From a virus (taxonomy: Duplodnaviria; Caudoviricetes): DNA of 63,321 nucleotides. The notes below the pieces were generated by a model that was not told where the DNA came from, ran no database searches, and saw only the letters and a list, made by a program, of their open reading frames with translations. The translations under genes and the position numbers were made by a program. Below are positions 41,201 to 49,303 of the stretch, in pieces; within the stretch, counting starts at the first letter, position 1; the number at the start of each line of letters is the position of its first letter. The stretch lies in IMG/VR virus record IMGVR_UViG_3300030117_005840, positions 1-63,321 of that record; one strand, 5' to 3'.

Positions 41201-44200
41201 GGGTAGAATGGAACCGCAAGCAATTACCGACCCCGAAGGATTCATTGCCGACACAATAGACTCTTGGCAGGATATAAGAGATAATGAATATGAGGACGAA
41301 CTGGATTGGAGGAAAGCGGATGACAGTCCGTTGACTTCGGAGGAGCAGCGGATATTGACAACCAGCCCTAATGAGTATTATAGCTCAACAGGGTCGAGGG
41401 ATAGATTGACGTTCCCTCTGATAGACCCCGTTCCGTCCGATGAAGCATTGGAAATAGCGGTTAGAAGGAAACAGAAAGATGAGGCTGCGAGACACTACAT
41501 GGATGAGGGTCTTCAAATATACCGCCCATATAGGGGTAAAGAAGATGCCGCTCCAGAAAGTTATTTCCCAGACCTTTACACTTCAATAGGCGACCCACCG
41601 ATACCACCAGCCACGAAACGGTTCGTGGAAGGCGAGATGGGTTCATTCTCTACAGACAAACTTCTGTATACGATTATGAATAACGGTGACCCTTTCACTA
41701 GGGAATCCGCAGAAGCCCTTAATTACACCCTCAACGTCCTGCCGGACATGGATGATGCGGATCGCTTGCGACAGCAGAACCCTGATCTGTCTGAGGAAGA
41801 GATTGAGATGCTGGCAGAATGGCCTTGGGAATCACAACCTACGCCGATTAAGGGATTGAACGCTACCATGGATGATAGGGGTAACCTTTATATAGGTGCG
41901 TTTGAAGACCCAATGACAGGTGAAGTTGAGGGTGAGGGAGGTATGTATGGTTACTTACCCAAGTCGCGTGTAGATGAAGTGTTCGACACCTTCCGCTCAG
42001 GAGCTGCCGTAAACCTGCATCATTTAAAGAAAGCTATAATGGGCACGATGTCAATCGGTGCGCAGGCTCAATCTATACATAAACGAAACTACGAGAAACA
42101 ACCTAAGACGGATGGGGTTCATGCACCGGGAGAAGGGTTCAGGGCACGTCACGGGCGATTATTGCAATATTGGTTTAGAGGAGGCAGAGTATTTCTGGAT
42201 AGCGGAGCCTTTGCGGCATTCTCTGCTAAGAACAATATTCTGGATGCGGGTAGTGTGGATGCGGCTATTAAAGCGGGCTATCCGAAAACTATTGTTGAAC
42301 AGGTATATAACAACCCGAAAAGCTCTCTGCTTAATTGGGAGGAGATAGTATCTTTTTACGAGGAATGGGCTGCGTTATCAATAAACCCAACAGATGCATT
42401 AAACCTTACTGTGGTTGCTCCTGATATAATAGGCGACCCGATAGGCACTAAAGAATTACTAGAGCAGTATAAAGATAGACTGCTAGGTTTAATGGACAAA
42501 GGAGTAACCGTAGTTGTTCCGGCGCAACGACCCAACGCGCCTAGAGACGAGGCATCGTTTGCTGATGCGGTAGGTGATATAACATCTATATTCGGGGAAG
42601 ATTCCCGCAGATGGAACTTCGTTGTAGGCGCACCTTCCGCTAAAGCTGTTTGGTCTAAGAAAGAATTAGAAACTTACGTCGATCAGGTAAGTCGGAATGA
42701 TATACCGGAAAACCAACAAGCATACAGGATTCATATGCTGGGGGCTAATGACGAGCGTGTAAGAGGATTATCTAAAAAATCAACACACGTATTAATTACC
42801 GGAGACACCACAGCCGATTTTGTCAAAGAAGATCAGTTCGATAGAACAGGACGGCCTTTAAGAAAGCTAGAAACAGAAGCCCAATGGAATAAGTATGAGA
42901 AGGTGGCACGCGACTTCGCTAAGATGGGTCAGGCTATCGCAAAATACAGCACAGCCAGACCTTTAACTAGGGGAGCCGGACAACCACTAACGGGTGTGGC
43001 TACCACCCCGACTTCATCGGACGAGCAGCTTGAGCTTTGGTCATCATTAGGAGGTATGGATTTATGGGATAGCCAAGACCCCAACGCTACCAAATTCCCT
43101 GATTGGAACCTTGATATAGCTAAGTTGGATGACCCGAGGATGCGGGGCATAACCATGAGGCATACAGGGGTTTCTGAAGCTACAGCACCAGCGGGGGAGC
43201 GTTTACATATACAACGATATCCTAGCTTCCTTATGTGGGATACGTTCTCCTTTGATAAGGACGAGGATGGCAGGCCGCAGCCTTCAATAAGTGATCCGGT
43301 ATCCGTTAAGGACATGCGGTTATTGAACAATGCTCCTGATACAAATGCTCCTACAATAGTTCGGGAAGCCCATAAGCAGAAAAAGCTAAATGGATTAAGA
43401 TATAGAGGTGCTTTGCTTGATGATATGGGGTTTGATGCAAACACCTTACAGCCCGAGGATATACGAGTTTTAGGGCAATCAGGCCGAAGGACAATTGTCG
43501 AAGTCTCATTGCCAGAAGGCATGAAACAGGTATTCTACTTGTCATCCGGTAGGGGGCGTAAGGCAGGCATCGGTGGGACAACTGCCGGACAGTGGCAACC
43601 GTTCGGTGGGTTCATGGATAATATCAGCCCACGTTCGGGTAATGTTATTCCGAGGTGGTTTATCAAAGATGCAGATTACCTGACATTACCTGATGGCTCT
43701 AATTTAGTTGAAAAATCAGCAGACTGGCTTGAAAGAAACCAAGAAATTGTTTCACAAGCTAGGTTATATGGTAGCGCGTCATTCACTGAAATATCAGAAC
43801 GTCTCGATGAGTTAGTAGAAAAAGTCGCTCCAGATAAACCTATGTGGATTAGTGGCGGCATCAACGCAGCTATTGGAGGAGGCGCATCGCAAGAGGCAAC
43901 TAACATACTACTCAACCGGCATGGAGTTACTAATGTAGTTTATGACCCAGCTAATCGTAGTCCAGAGCATAACGAAGAGGCGGCCAAACTAATTAGAGGC
44001 GGGCAGGCAGATACCGCTACAGTAGCTTCCGTAATGAATAGTGGTGTATCAGACGATGTCAGAGCGCATGCGATTGAATTGGCCGCAGATGCCATCAAGC
44101 CTAATGGCTCTGCTTATTTCTGGGTTACTGAACACGCAGCTAATCGCTACGCCGAATCTTATAGAGGATTTGTAAATCAAGTTAAGAAGAATTTCGGTGA

Positions 44201-47200
44201 AGTAATCACTAACGAATCCACAGCTTATAAAGATGGTGAGCGGATAGGTTCCTATGACCGCCTTATTGTAGCACGTAAACCTATCAAAGAATTAGACGGT
44301 GAAGAACCTGTAGAGTTAGCTTCCAGCATAGGATCACGCCCGCCTACAGATGAGGAGATTCTGAACGCCACTGAATTTCGGCATGTGCTGGACTTGTTCG
44401 ACCTGCCTGTCCTGAAGGCCGGAGGCTATAAGAAGCCTTTCAAATACAAGTTTATGCGGTGGTTAGCGGGATCGTTAGACCCACGTGTCCGCTCGCTTGA
44501 TGACCAGCGTAAGTTTATGATGAACCAATCGTTGCGCACGGTTACCAAGTTCCATGAAAATCTTAAAGCGCAGACTATTGAAGCCTACGGCTCTTTAGGT
44601 AAAGCACCTATAAAGGTTATAGCAGCGGCAATCGGAAACACCAGAGGTGCCCGACCATCTAGCGCAGATGCTAAACGTATAGAGGATTACGTTATGCAAG
44701 GAGTGGCCGCAATAGATGCTAAACTCAAGGAGCAAGAACGTATAGCTAAGAAGGGTGACATAACATACAAGGAAGTTAGGGAAGCCCGCAAGCAGGCGAA
44801 GCAACAGAAAGCCCTACTAGAAGAAGAGGCTAACGCTGAGTATGCAGTTCTAACTGAGCAAGATAGACAACGGATTATCAGGGATCGTGCAGATGCTCTT
44901 GACCTACTCCGAAATGGGAATGACACCATACCCGCCGCGCCTGAACTGGTGGATACCTTGGACAGAATGCGTAAGTATATTGATGCCTTATCAGTTAAGG
45001 TTAAGCAATTATATGGAGTCAGCCCAGAGCTTGAGGCGCGTATCGATGACCAATTGGGAATATACCTTACCCGTAGCTACAGGATATTTAATGAATCAGG
45101 TTGGGCAGATAAAGTTCTCACCGATCCGAGCGAGGAGTTCCAGCGAATAAGGGAGAAAGGTGAAGGTTACTTTAGAGAGCAGTTCATCAATGCGCAGACG
45201 GCTATGCTTTTAGATAAATCTAGAAGGGATAAGTCGAAAGCCTTGAAAGCGAAGGATGAAGTTGCTTTCGCAGATGCGGAAATGTCTGCATCCGAAGCGG
45301 CTGCCATGGCTGAATCTCAATACAATGCATTATCTGAAGGTAATAGGACGTATGGACAACAACAGGTAGAAGCCTTTATTGAAGCCTATAGGAATAAAGG
45401 TTACATGCCCGCAGGTTTAGCGGGCAAGAGTGAAGGGTATAAACCTCTCACCGACAACCTGAAAAGGAAAAAGGATTTAGACCCAAGACTACAGGAACTG
45501 CTGGGCGTTTATGGAGAAGAGAGCTTCTTCGATAACATGTTTAGGACGTTTATGACGTTGTCCACCATGGCTGCCAATCAGAACTTCTTGGTTCGCGTTG
45601 CGGAAATGGGTAGAGAACAAGGGTGGTTGTTAACTCAGGAAGAACTGAATAAGAAAGCAGCGGAAGACCCTGATACATATGGGGGTGGAAACTATGTTGC
45701 CGTAAGACCTAATGTTAGTAGCAACGATAGGAAACCAAATACCTTATATGATCCGTTCGTTAACTACATAGACAGGAAGACAGGAGAAGAATTGGATTAT
45801 GGCAAAGCTAATGTAAGCGTAGCCAGCCCGCTATTCGCGCCCAAGGAGTTCAAGGAAGCAATGGAGAAAACCTTCGAACCTTCCTTAGTAAGCCAAATGC
45901 AGGATGAAGCATCTGAAGTAGCGCAGACCATGCACAAGATAGCGAGCCGCGCCACTGGACTTTCTATGGCAACTAAGACATTAGGTTCCGTAGGTTTCTA
46001 TATCCGCAACATTGCAAGTAACATGTTGTTTTTTGCGCCCGCTCAAGGGTTCTTCAGCTACCGGCACATGACCAAGCACCTTATCAAAGAAGGGCGCAGA
46101 ACCTTGCGGTGGAGTTCGCCTGAAAAGATAGATTCGTATTACGCGGAGCTAGATGCGTTAGGTATCATAGGGGATGAGCTTAGACCATCCGTCCTTAAAG
46201 AGTTAGTTATGGGTGAGACTACGCCTGAAACTATGATGAAGGACTTGGATACCATGTTAGCGGATGCCGAAGGGAATAAAGCATTAAAGCAAAGCAAAAA
46301 GTTCGTCGAGAAACTTCAGGAGCTTTCCCGATCTGTGGATGCTTTCTATAAGATTGCTTACTTCGAACATGAGTTAGATGTCTTACGCAAAGCCCAACGA
46401 AAATCCAGGGACGCGGGTATCAGTGATTCTATATCTGAGTTGTCAGAGTCTGAGTTAAAGCGGGAAGCCGCTCGCAAGGTTTTGATGACGGCACAGAGTT
46501 ACAGCCAAGCTCCTCCATTTGTTAAGGGCGCGCTTAAATCATGGTATGGGGTTGTGTTTGCGCCGTTCCTTCGATTCAAGATTGAAGTCCCCCGTATTAT
46601 GATAAACACGGGTAGGCTTATCTGGGAAGAGATAAAAAGTGATAACAGCGTTATCAGAAATAGGGGCTACAGAAGATTGAGTGGGTTCACATTCGCCGTC
46701 GGTGGATTAGGAACCGGCATGTCTTATCTGATCTCCCATATGTTCGGAGGATTGACGGATGAGGAGGAAGAAGCTAACCGAGCTTCGATGCCACATTATT
46801 TAAGATCACATACGTTCATTACGTATAAGCGTGATGGTGAACTTAGATCACTTGACCTGACTTATATTAATCCGTTCGCTACGATGCTCGACCCAATGAT
46901 GCGTGCGTTCCCTGAGATCATGCGCGGGGATGTGCCTGAAGCTACGCGTGAGTTTATGACTGCGTTATTCGCTAACCAGTTCTTAGATGAGCAGATCATG
47001 TTCGGAACCATACAGTCTATGATTAAGAACAAGAACCCAGATACTGACCAGCCTATTGTGGAAGCTACGGATTCCGCAGAAGATGCGTTATATAAATGGG
47101 GGCGTTTCTTATTTAGTGAAGCTATTGTCCCTCCATCAGTGGAACGTATCGGCAAGGGGAGTGACATAATGCAACTGTTGATGGGCGACAACGCCGCTGG

Positions 47201-47672
47201 CAATTTCGACCCAATCTTCGCATTAGGTAGGGAGTTCTATCCCGCCAGAGAGTATACAATCAAACCGGTTGATCAGCTTGAGCGTTACCTAAGAACCCGA
47301 AGTGAGGAAATGAAAAGGGCTAAGATGCTTACACGCCGTTTAAGATGGGAAAATATCTCAGATGAAGATGTCCGTAAGATAGCACAGAGGGATGTAGAAA
47401 AACGTAAGCGCATCAATAAAGATATGCAGCGCATGTTTAAAGGGTTTGAGAGCATGGGAATTTCCGAAGGTAAGATTTACGATATCGCTAAGTCCAAGAA
47501 CTTTGGTAAGCGTAGGCTCGCGCTCCTGCACAGGGGTTACATGGAACGGCCAGTCTTATCTAAAGAGTTTCAAAGAGAGTTAGTCGGCAAGGGTGAGGAG
47601 TATGCCCGACGACTTCAAATCTTCACAGATGAAGTCAATAAGATGCCGCGCTTCATTCCATTAGATGACTAA
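32235..47672 (+). CDS. Giant polyvalent internal virion/ejection protein with ART-like, peptidase-like, GNAT, TGT/DpdA-like and SAM-MTase-like domains
   Basis: 5145-aa uninterrupted ORF. Gly/Ala TM-like segments and EG.EE..DEF near the N-terminus; GYDS..VVFD..VKS.NP.TFDD; EEMAH; QRKGVA..FY..G; FLDSGAF/APDIIGD/IHMLG; IGGG..YDP.NR..ADTAT..KPNG; C-terminal F.PF..F helical region. Confidence 0.8.
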   Translation: MPDAPIPPLGGVNDPVLSPIKQEDTFNDYESWSNARGMTTEEPVESIRNYADYVREWHLNTGELTDEIDASINTALLQKAQQIGAIGTPDVDPDFEANAVNLVGARDISSDRKISLVRQALGDLEADNFSQKLEADPTDPYVNNRLNESKALLVRTGEIPFATISSIDGNERSIIGGPASRGAHLGDAFKRSAMAGTVSYADAAQALRFSQTKNSDGLNVFEQQELSELMVEMAAAKADKSNYDVMGGALKDVKEAISKADKINKEFIDTPYKSIEDAREALQRHYSKTRNSYGAKAHGRFSDRDIGRALQVFAAQDLNHSGAFEFYDDPEEDNRNIRMFGGVPMAHPTLMLRRDRFESAVDKDTRLTDEQRISLKQRRQAYVAGAFDHYKDILDETSATGSKWRAALQAGRVKGTPDVDILDNFLADPENYSHFKNQLTQFGSSIEASIAQLWSFPAQIFGSSSAREYNEKEAKEDARRREVAALFGEEFSWVLDAAGTASAVVVDALVSLGLAAFTGGVVGLGYLSTQAGSRVTAKGLAKKSMGLTLLKPKFYQSPKQLADDLIANNLIKTSGTDAAKVGVEKAIEAYTRAMSNRFMRQTTMAIPWGTRSGGGMFVSVYGSLPDTMSHEEKHAIALGAGLKAAASTILITSAFSKMGLGGFEDSLLNRGLSYKEMKQVLTKLSGQKVGNKEAEALIKSRMAEAIHELDRPFNKGVGKFLKARAKDALPEGMEEGLDEFVQSFIEAAALDEERPLIEHINRALVGARAGALIGGTLTPAMRAVNRFATGAGIKDAESYERDQIQNIISTLEENDSPLAAAELRNWTRTALARGPREALPPRPEGAPSLEEDVEAEATEITPPVEEDAELIPASPAKQKHHRQVNKTFANYYATDGATILPSVLPRITDEAELQAARNDADYNIDSDGVIYGVRIGGTWVGFPTRKATRKDSPETLGQDEMPFIDEVMAQGGPSPRPGFRRVKRKTIIESLEKDGVDEDGKDKYKTVEREVEDFEWVPMFEQEAPAIPKAYTTESGEVQYEFPFSAALDRPVEQKIQQLLLPLSEQTSLPLGEGEAVTEPDPSAIPEFAKLAEGDERELFERALEILSNSIKNEGRIQSKPVIDWLDNQFERNGTISPQLLDYITQTIEVAVQESGTVDSEMADFREAIFTSFNTSMSLMLEDRLRKKDVAKNQSDQFTDWQKKKEEDEKVYEQLEFNLSDKGQEDFNNEVTSARQKIKELWDVDPNTFPEYVKFEDEWPDVAADISPELLEKWKNRITEFYTRYLNPNLFAGEPISKAEDKRYLDHKNILNDYKNREGAFSDGAVENLYDEILDAERFILQAYDLYIQNPEGQSIIALPKEQAGNQILIVEDTSKINFEEGVIGDSQFAFNIGPIKRLEAAPAEDEAVIDDMTEVEIGVNLEDADSSTEYAEYLYFALEEVRNKEDYDDEGADKSVIETAGFRELASFLRDKRATDSPILANDKLPRASVKILGDELKRLANIASTADGYASVVDPLNNKADEILANLKATKPTTPTASTVIESKISRTEDGGREDELSLDVATLGLNIFGGHTLEGSDKADSSANLRFDNALNAEMQLWKSEAVSRWERAFELGDKEAMRVENTYLAALNSGSLSGRFGGSFVGMSFIGNLSASDGIPIALLERLYSDIKESYEYWRGAKKYDWFLPDVVRRDKHPEDVDLLRDKLKLLSDHLSEVRNDPSQLSPNSQEELPIFVGNTDTEDYHYNASWKKAGGNDLYIEIDTGFIADPLEKAAADKFVGAFSRLKVEKVGEGTGRHIRWRATLDGETLTKNDGSEAIFKKLKEAKEFVFNDDNTQPPDELTVLLNNVVYEPTSALPDPKFIVASGLRTRFLTEEDKAEILARPDAAAAEPVTDGITVFNSKWSTERLETEHGTERFPKETQQGRLDNARDYFGSGYELGLSGAQYEAPRWKWIYELTAFKEGYASGREQSDADETLETSIGSYEPSPNSVYSTHLSGDDGGDHIQPLLSGANSTEERQAILSEWTKRNPLASAQLSSFMTKWARIMAYRPIFVTKKEDGTSVYTYHEDWEAMVAEESERLRKENPDITEVEAYDNAAKSLIGDDYRERMRYASLLNSAVLGGFEETRMPSGYKEDEIPILDEPDMYFGINSSVLEEYKQEAETNIREEYNLSLNSTLVGYEEYIRLEQQRLAEVAWSEKMTQNPTGVMAEADAPLLVKAISSVLAIAESPGSPLNGRGLNTDISTDSFKKVLEMADEAAPFSEFVEFLESDEMFGESEATQEAINGILNYLGYDSVIDLRAVDPMQPSGMRRDTPATLVVFDSRRVKSGNPITFDDDGQIILPEDRIDLRDYDERRTQVAAFESTTPPPMISGTHNGMEAIAADDSENTATDIKRRVNDNVGLALDVASSNGVNTTVVRSLDYAPGGSKQNAPPMWAKGNMVYINPYGVARAISGLQDKDALHLSVTMVSEEMAHVASWNVLTRAEVQEVIDSLGDGDFTDIADEYYQDQSSKEASFARLNSPDPTVSGKEKYRLIEEKMRMHAQRVVRGFTTEEDNKFFRSNPNLLQRAIRYMKGFLRRLLELRKVQRQNPHLARATDRIVTQLRMMRGNFKAPDIEPFDVNNPESGMVALATQIDSTAELNDTSMIPVKYDEDDNIIQQPYDLLGSPLLTGKGFRNKGARDFTKPDYVELPYAVIKPDRAKVEAAIDSGAIDRAAALLAKQAEESLSDPELPEDIGQARFGVWGARSLRRLLYKAPVKASQSRWRIQPPAEQGISGGDLLAAELIFNRAAKQLDMDTAELHAVMQFAEKKIWAGNGWVDDVGVKEPEDTALHTSISLVGVPDDASEAIENIRSLGTTAVAFAGLSNEPVTAVRPSSLGFPKEWDAAYDSFKEVAERGGLPIGVENIYFKVKPGVNYKNEVELSLLWVPHTMQRKGVAKALLKALFKKADKTGAMVSALAKAYTTDGPQGKELVSFYQRAGMTGVGRMEPQAITDPEGFIADTIDSWQDIRDNEYEDELDWRKADDSPLTSEEQRILTTSPNEYYSSTGSRDRLTFPLIDPVPSDEALEIAVRRKQKDEAARHYMDEGLQIYRPYRGKEDAAPESYFPDLYTSIGDPPIPPATKRFVEGEMGSFSTDKLLYTIMNNGDPFTRESAEALNYTLNVLPDMDDADRLRQQNPDLSEEEIEMLAEWPWESQPTPIKGLNATMDDRGNLYIGAFEDPMTGEVEGEGGMYGYLPKSRVDEVFDTFRSGAAVNLHHLKKAIMGTMSIGAQAQSIHKRNYEKQPKTDGVHAPGEGFRARHGRLLQYWFRGGRVFLDSGAFAAFSAKNNILDAGSVDAAIKAGYPKTIVEQVYNNPKSSLLNWEEIVSFYEEWAALSINPTDALNLTVVAPDIIGDPIGTKELLEQYKDRLLGLMDKGVTVVVPAQRPNAPRDEASFADAVGDITSIFGEDSRRWNFVVGAPSAKAVWSKKELETYVDQVSRNDIPENQQAYRIHMLGANDERVRGLSKKSTHVLITGDTTADFVKEDQFDRTGRPLRKLETEAQWNKYEKVARDFAKMGQAIAKYSTARPLTRGAGQPLTGVATTPTSSDEQLELWSSLGGMDLWDSQDPNATKFPDWNLDIAKLDDPRMRGITMRHTGVSEATAPAGERLHIQRYPSFLMWDTFSFDKDEDGRPQPSISDPVSVKDMRLLNNAPDTNAPTIVREAHKQKKLNGLRYRGALLDDMGFDANTLQPEDIRVLGQSGRRTIVEVSLPEGMKQVFYLSSGRGRKAGIGGTTAGQWQPFGGFMDNISPRSGNVIPRWFIKDADYLTLPDGSNLVEKSADWLERNQEIVSQARLYGSASFTEISERLDELVEKVAPDKPMWISGGINAAIGGGASQEATNILLNRHGVTNVVYDPANRSPEHNEEAAKLIRGGQADTATVASVMNSGVSDDVRAHAIELAADAIKPNGSAYFWVTEHAANRYAESYRGFVNQVKKNFGEVITNESTAYKDGERIGSYDRLIVARKPIKELDGEEPVELASSIGSRPPTDEEILNATEFRHVLDLFDLPVLKAGGYKKPFKYKFMRWLAGSLDPRVRSLDDQRKFMMNQSLRTVTKFHENLKAQTIEAYGSLGKAPIKVIAAAIGNTRGARPSSADAKRIEDYVMQGVAAIDAKLKEQERIAKKGDITYKEVREARKQAKQQKALLEEEANAEYAVLTEQDRQRIIRDRADALDLLRNGNDTIPAAPELVDTLDRMRKYIDALSVKVKQLYGVSPELEARIDDQLGIYLTRSYRIFNESGWADKVLTDPSEEFQRIREKGEGYFREQFINAQTAMLLDKSRRDKSKALKAKDEVAFADAEMSASEAAAMAESQYNALSEGNRTYGQQQVEAFIEAYRNKGYMPAGLAGKSEGYKPLTDNLKRKKDLDPRLQELLGVYGEESFFDNMFRTFMTLSTMAANQNFLVRVAEMGREQGWLLTQEELNKKAAEDPDTYGGGNYVAVRPNVSSNDRKPNTLYDPFVNYIDRKTGEELDYGKANVSVASPLFAPKEFKEAMEKTFEPSLVSQMQDEASEVAQTMHKIASRATGLSMATKTLGSVGFYIRNIASNMLFFAPAQGFFSYRHMTKHLIKEGRRTLRWSSPEKIDSYYAELDALGIIGDELRPSVLKELVMGETTPETMMKDLDTMLADAEGNKALKQSKKFVEKLQELSRSVDAFYKIAYFEHELDVLRKAQRKSRDAGISDSISELSESELKREAARKVLMTAQSYSQAPPFVKGALKSWYGVVFAPFLRFKIEVPRIMINTGRLIWEEIKSDNSVIRNRGYRRLSGFTFAVGGLGTGMSYLISHMFGGLTDEEEEANRASMPHYLRSHTFITYKRDGELRSLDLTYINPFATMLDPMMRAFPEIMRGDVPEATREFMTALFANQFLDEQIMFGTIQSMIKNKNPDTDQPIVEATDSAEDALYKWGRFLFSEAIVPPSVERIGKGSDIMQLLMGDNAAGNFDPIFALGREFYPAREYTIKPVDQLERYLRTRSEEMKRAKMLTRRLRWENISDEDVRKIAQRDVEKRKRINKDMQRMFKGFESMGISEGKIYDIAKSKNFGKRRLALLHRGYMERPVLSKEFQRELVGKGEEYARRLQIFTDEVNKMPRFIPLDD

Positions 47673-47678
47673 ACAAAA

Positions 47679-47716
47679 ACTCCTTGCCCATACAAATAGT
47701 AAAATGGGCAAGGAGT
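47679..47716. terminator. Hairpin terminator between convergent units
   Basis: ACTCCTTGCCCAT...ATGGGCAAGGAGT. Confidence 0.7.
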
Positions 47717-47867
47717 CTGTGTTGCTGTTACAAAAAAGGATGTTTAATGGACAGTAAACCAAAACTGAAATCTGCCGTCCAGAACTCTCTTCTGGCACTA
47801 TTTCCTTTTAAGTAATCAGCGCGACTGATCTACGTCAGTATAGATATAATTCACCTATACAGACATG

Positions 47868-48104
47868 TCAATTTTTTTCCTGTGAAGGAATATTAGCACC
47901 TGCGCCCAAGGTAAAAACGGCGAACCCTACTTTGTTTCCTTGCACGTCAACTAGCTTATTCTTAATACTTACATCTGAAGGCGCATCATCTTCCATGTTC
48001 CAAACAGCGGATTCAGTTACCTGCTCAAATATGTGTCTGAGTGATTCAGCGGGGCGTGGATAGAACGCACCTTCCGTAAGGTCAATTTTTACGTCAATAA
48101 TCAT
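47868..48104 (-). CDS. Hypothetical protein
   Basis: 78 aa; L.D.QGNKVG motif. Confidence 0.55.
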   Translation of the reverse strand: MIIDVKIDLTEGAFYPRPAESLRHIFEQVTESAVWNMEDDAPSDVSIKNKLVDVQGNKVGFAVFTLGAGANIPSQEKN

Positions 48105-48418
48105 GCTTCATTCCTCCGTCCTAGCACTTCTTCCCTGACATCGTTCACTGCTTTAAGCACAGTCTCGTCTCCTGCTTTAATCCGGTTCTTTATCTTACGC
48201 ACGGCAACGTGACATGTTGCGGGGGCTCTGTTAAATACGGTCGCGGCATCATCTAGATTAGCTCCCATCTCCCTTGCGACATACATTCCAATAGCCGCCC
48301 AATTAGCGAACATATGCTTGTTATTAAATACTATGTCATGCGATTTAAATCCACTTACAGCCGCAGTTGCCTTGGCTAGATTATTTATATCTTTTTGTCT
48401 TATCAATTTCAGGTTCAT
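48101..48418 (-). CDS. DnaA domain IV-like HTH protein
   Basis: IGMYVARE...L...A..FNR...T...AVRKI resembles the DnaA C-terminal HTH; start at MNLKL. Confidence 0.55.
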   Translation of the reverse strand: MNLKLIRQKDINNLAKATAAVSGFKSHDIVFNNKHMFANWAAIGMYVAREMGANLDDAATVFNRAPATCHVAVRKIKNRIKAGDETVLKAVNDVREEVLGRRNEA

Positions 48419-48419
48419 T

Positions 48420-48668
48420 TTATATGTTAAGGTTAGGTAAGTTAAACATTTCGGGGTGATCTTGTATACTGTCTTGAGTCTCCTCAATTATCTCGTCATC
48501 AAATGGATGTGAAGGCAATGCTGTCATTATTGTTTTGCCCATTACTGGATGCACCTTCATCTCGGTAACGCAACCCTCATCATCTATTGTAAAGTCCGCT
48601 ATGACAGGCAGGCCAGCAGGGGATATGTGTCTTATGATATTCATTAAAGCGTTACCTCCTCTGTCCAT
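48420..48668 (-). CDS. Hypothetical protein
   Basis: Packed ORF. Confidence 0.45.
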   Translation of the reverse strand: MDRGGNALMNIIRHISPAGLPVIADFTIDDEGCVTEMKVHPVMGKTIMTALPSHPFDDEIIEETQDSIQDHPEMFNLPNLNI

Positions 48669-48895
48669 TTAGGTAATGGTTGGTTGGTCGCGGCGCGGAT
48701 GGTTTCAAGAACCTCCATACACGCCCATTCAAGATTGACGTTCGGAGGATTGTCGTCCGATGCCCTATGTAATATCTCAGCAACCCACATAAGCCGTTTC
48801 AGCATTTCGGGAGCATTCCGGTATATCCGTTCTGTCTCCTCATCAGGCAATCGCCAAAGAGGAATCTTTGTTTTCTGTTCTTCGCTATGTTTCAT
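48644..48895 (-). CDS. Hypothetical protein
   Basis: APE.L..L motif common in small early phage proteins. Confidence 0.5.
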   Translation of the reverse strand: MKHSEEQKTKIPLWRLPDEETERIYRNAPEMLKRLMWVAEILHRASDDNPPNVNLEWACMEVLETIRAATNQPLPKWTEEVTL

Positions 48896-48905
48896 GTTAA
48901 ATGAA

Positions 48906-49265
48906 TCAGGGTTCAGGGTTCAGGTTACCAATATAAGTATTCGCCACTTCGTCGATGATATCGTCAAAATTCAGTTGAGTGAAGTCCAAGTCCAGCGTGC
49001 CGTCTACAGCCTCGCGGATCAGTTTTTGTTTGATCTTCTTCGCCGTTTCAACGGCAACCTCTCTCGCGCCTTGTTCCTCGACGGGGGTGAGCATATCAGC
49101 CAACTGCTCCTCGCCGTAGTCGTTGAATGATTCTGCGACCCATGAATAATCGCAGTCTATCGCCTCGTAGACGATTACATTTCCTTGCTCATCCACCTCT
49201 GGGTTACCGTTATCATCCACTCTCTCGAAAGAGATATCGTGCAGGATTATTGTGAAGTTTTTCAT
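48906..49265 (-). CDS. Acidic hypothetical protein
   Basis: 119 aa, Asp/Glu-rich. Confidence 0.55.
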   Translation of the reverse strand: MKNFTIILHDISFERVDDNGNPEVDEQGNVIVYEAIDCDYSWVAESFNDYGEEQLADMLTPVEEQGAREVAVETAKKIKQKLIREAVDGTLDLDFTQLNFDDIIDEVANTYIGNLNPEP

Positions 49266-49303
49266 AATATTTTTGTATGTGTTTAGGGTTCAGGGTTCAG
49301 GGT

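Noticed and set aside
34292-47203. Many antisense ORFs (e.g. 36575-37321, 40322-40966)
   Set aside because: Ser-rich shadows of the acidic sense ORF, with no motifs or start signals
32235-47672. N4-like virion RNA polymerase
   Set aside because: I recognised no single- or multi-subunit RNAP catalytic motifs; the domains seen are of the polyvalent-protein type
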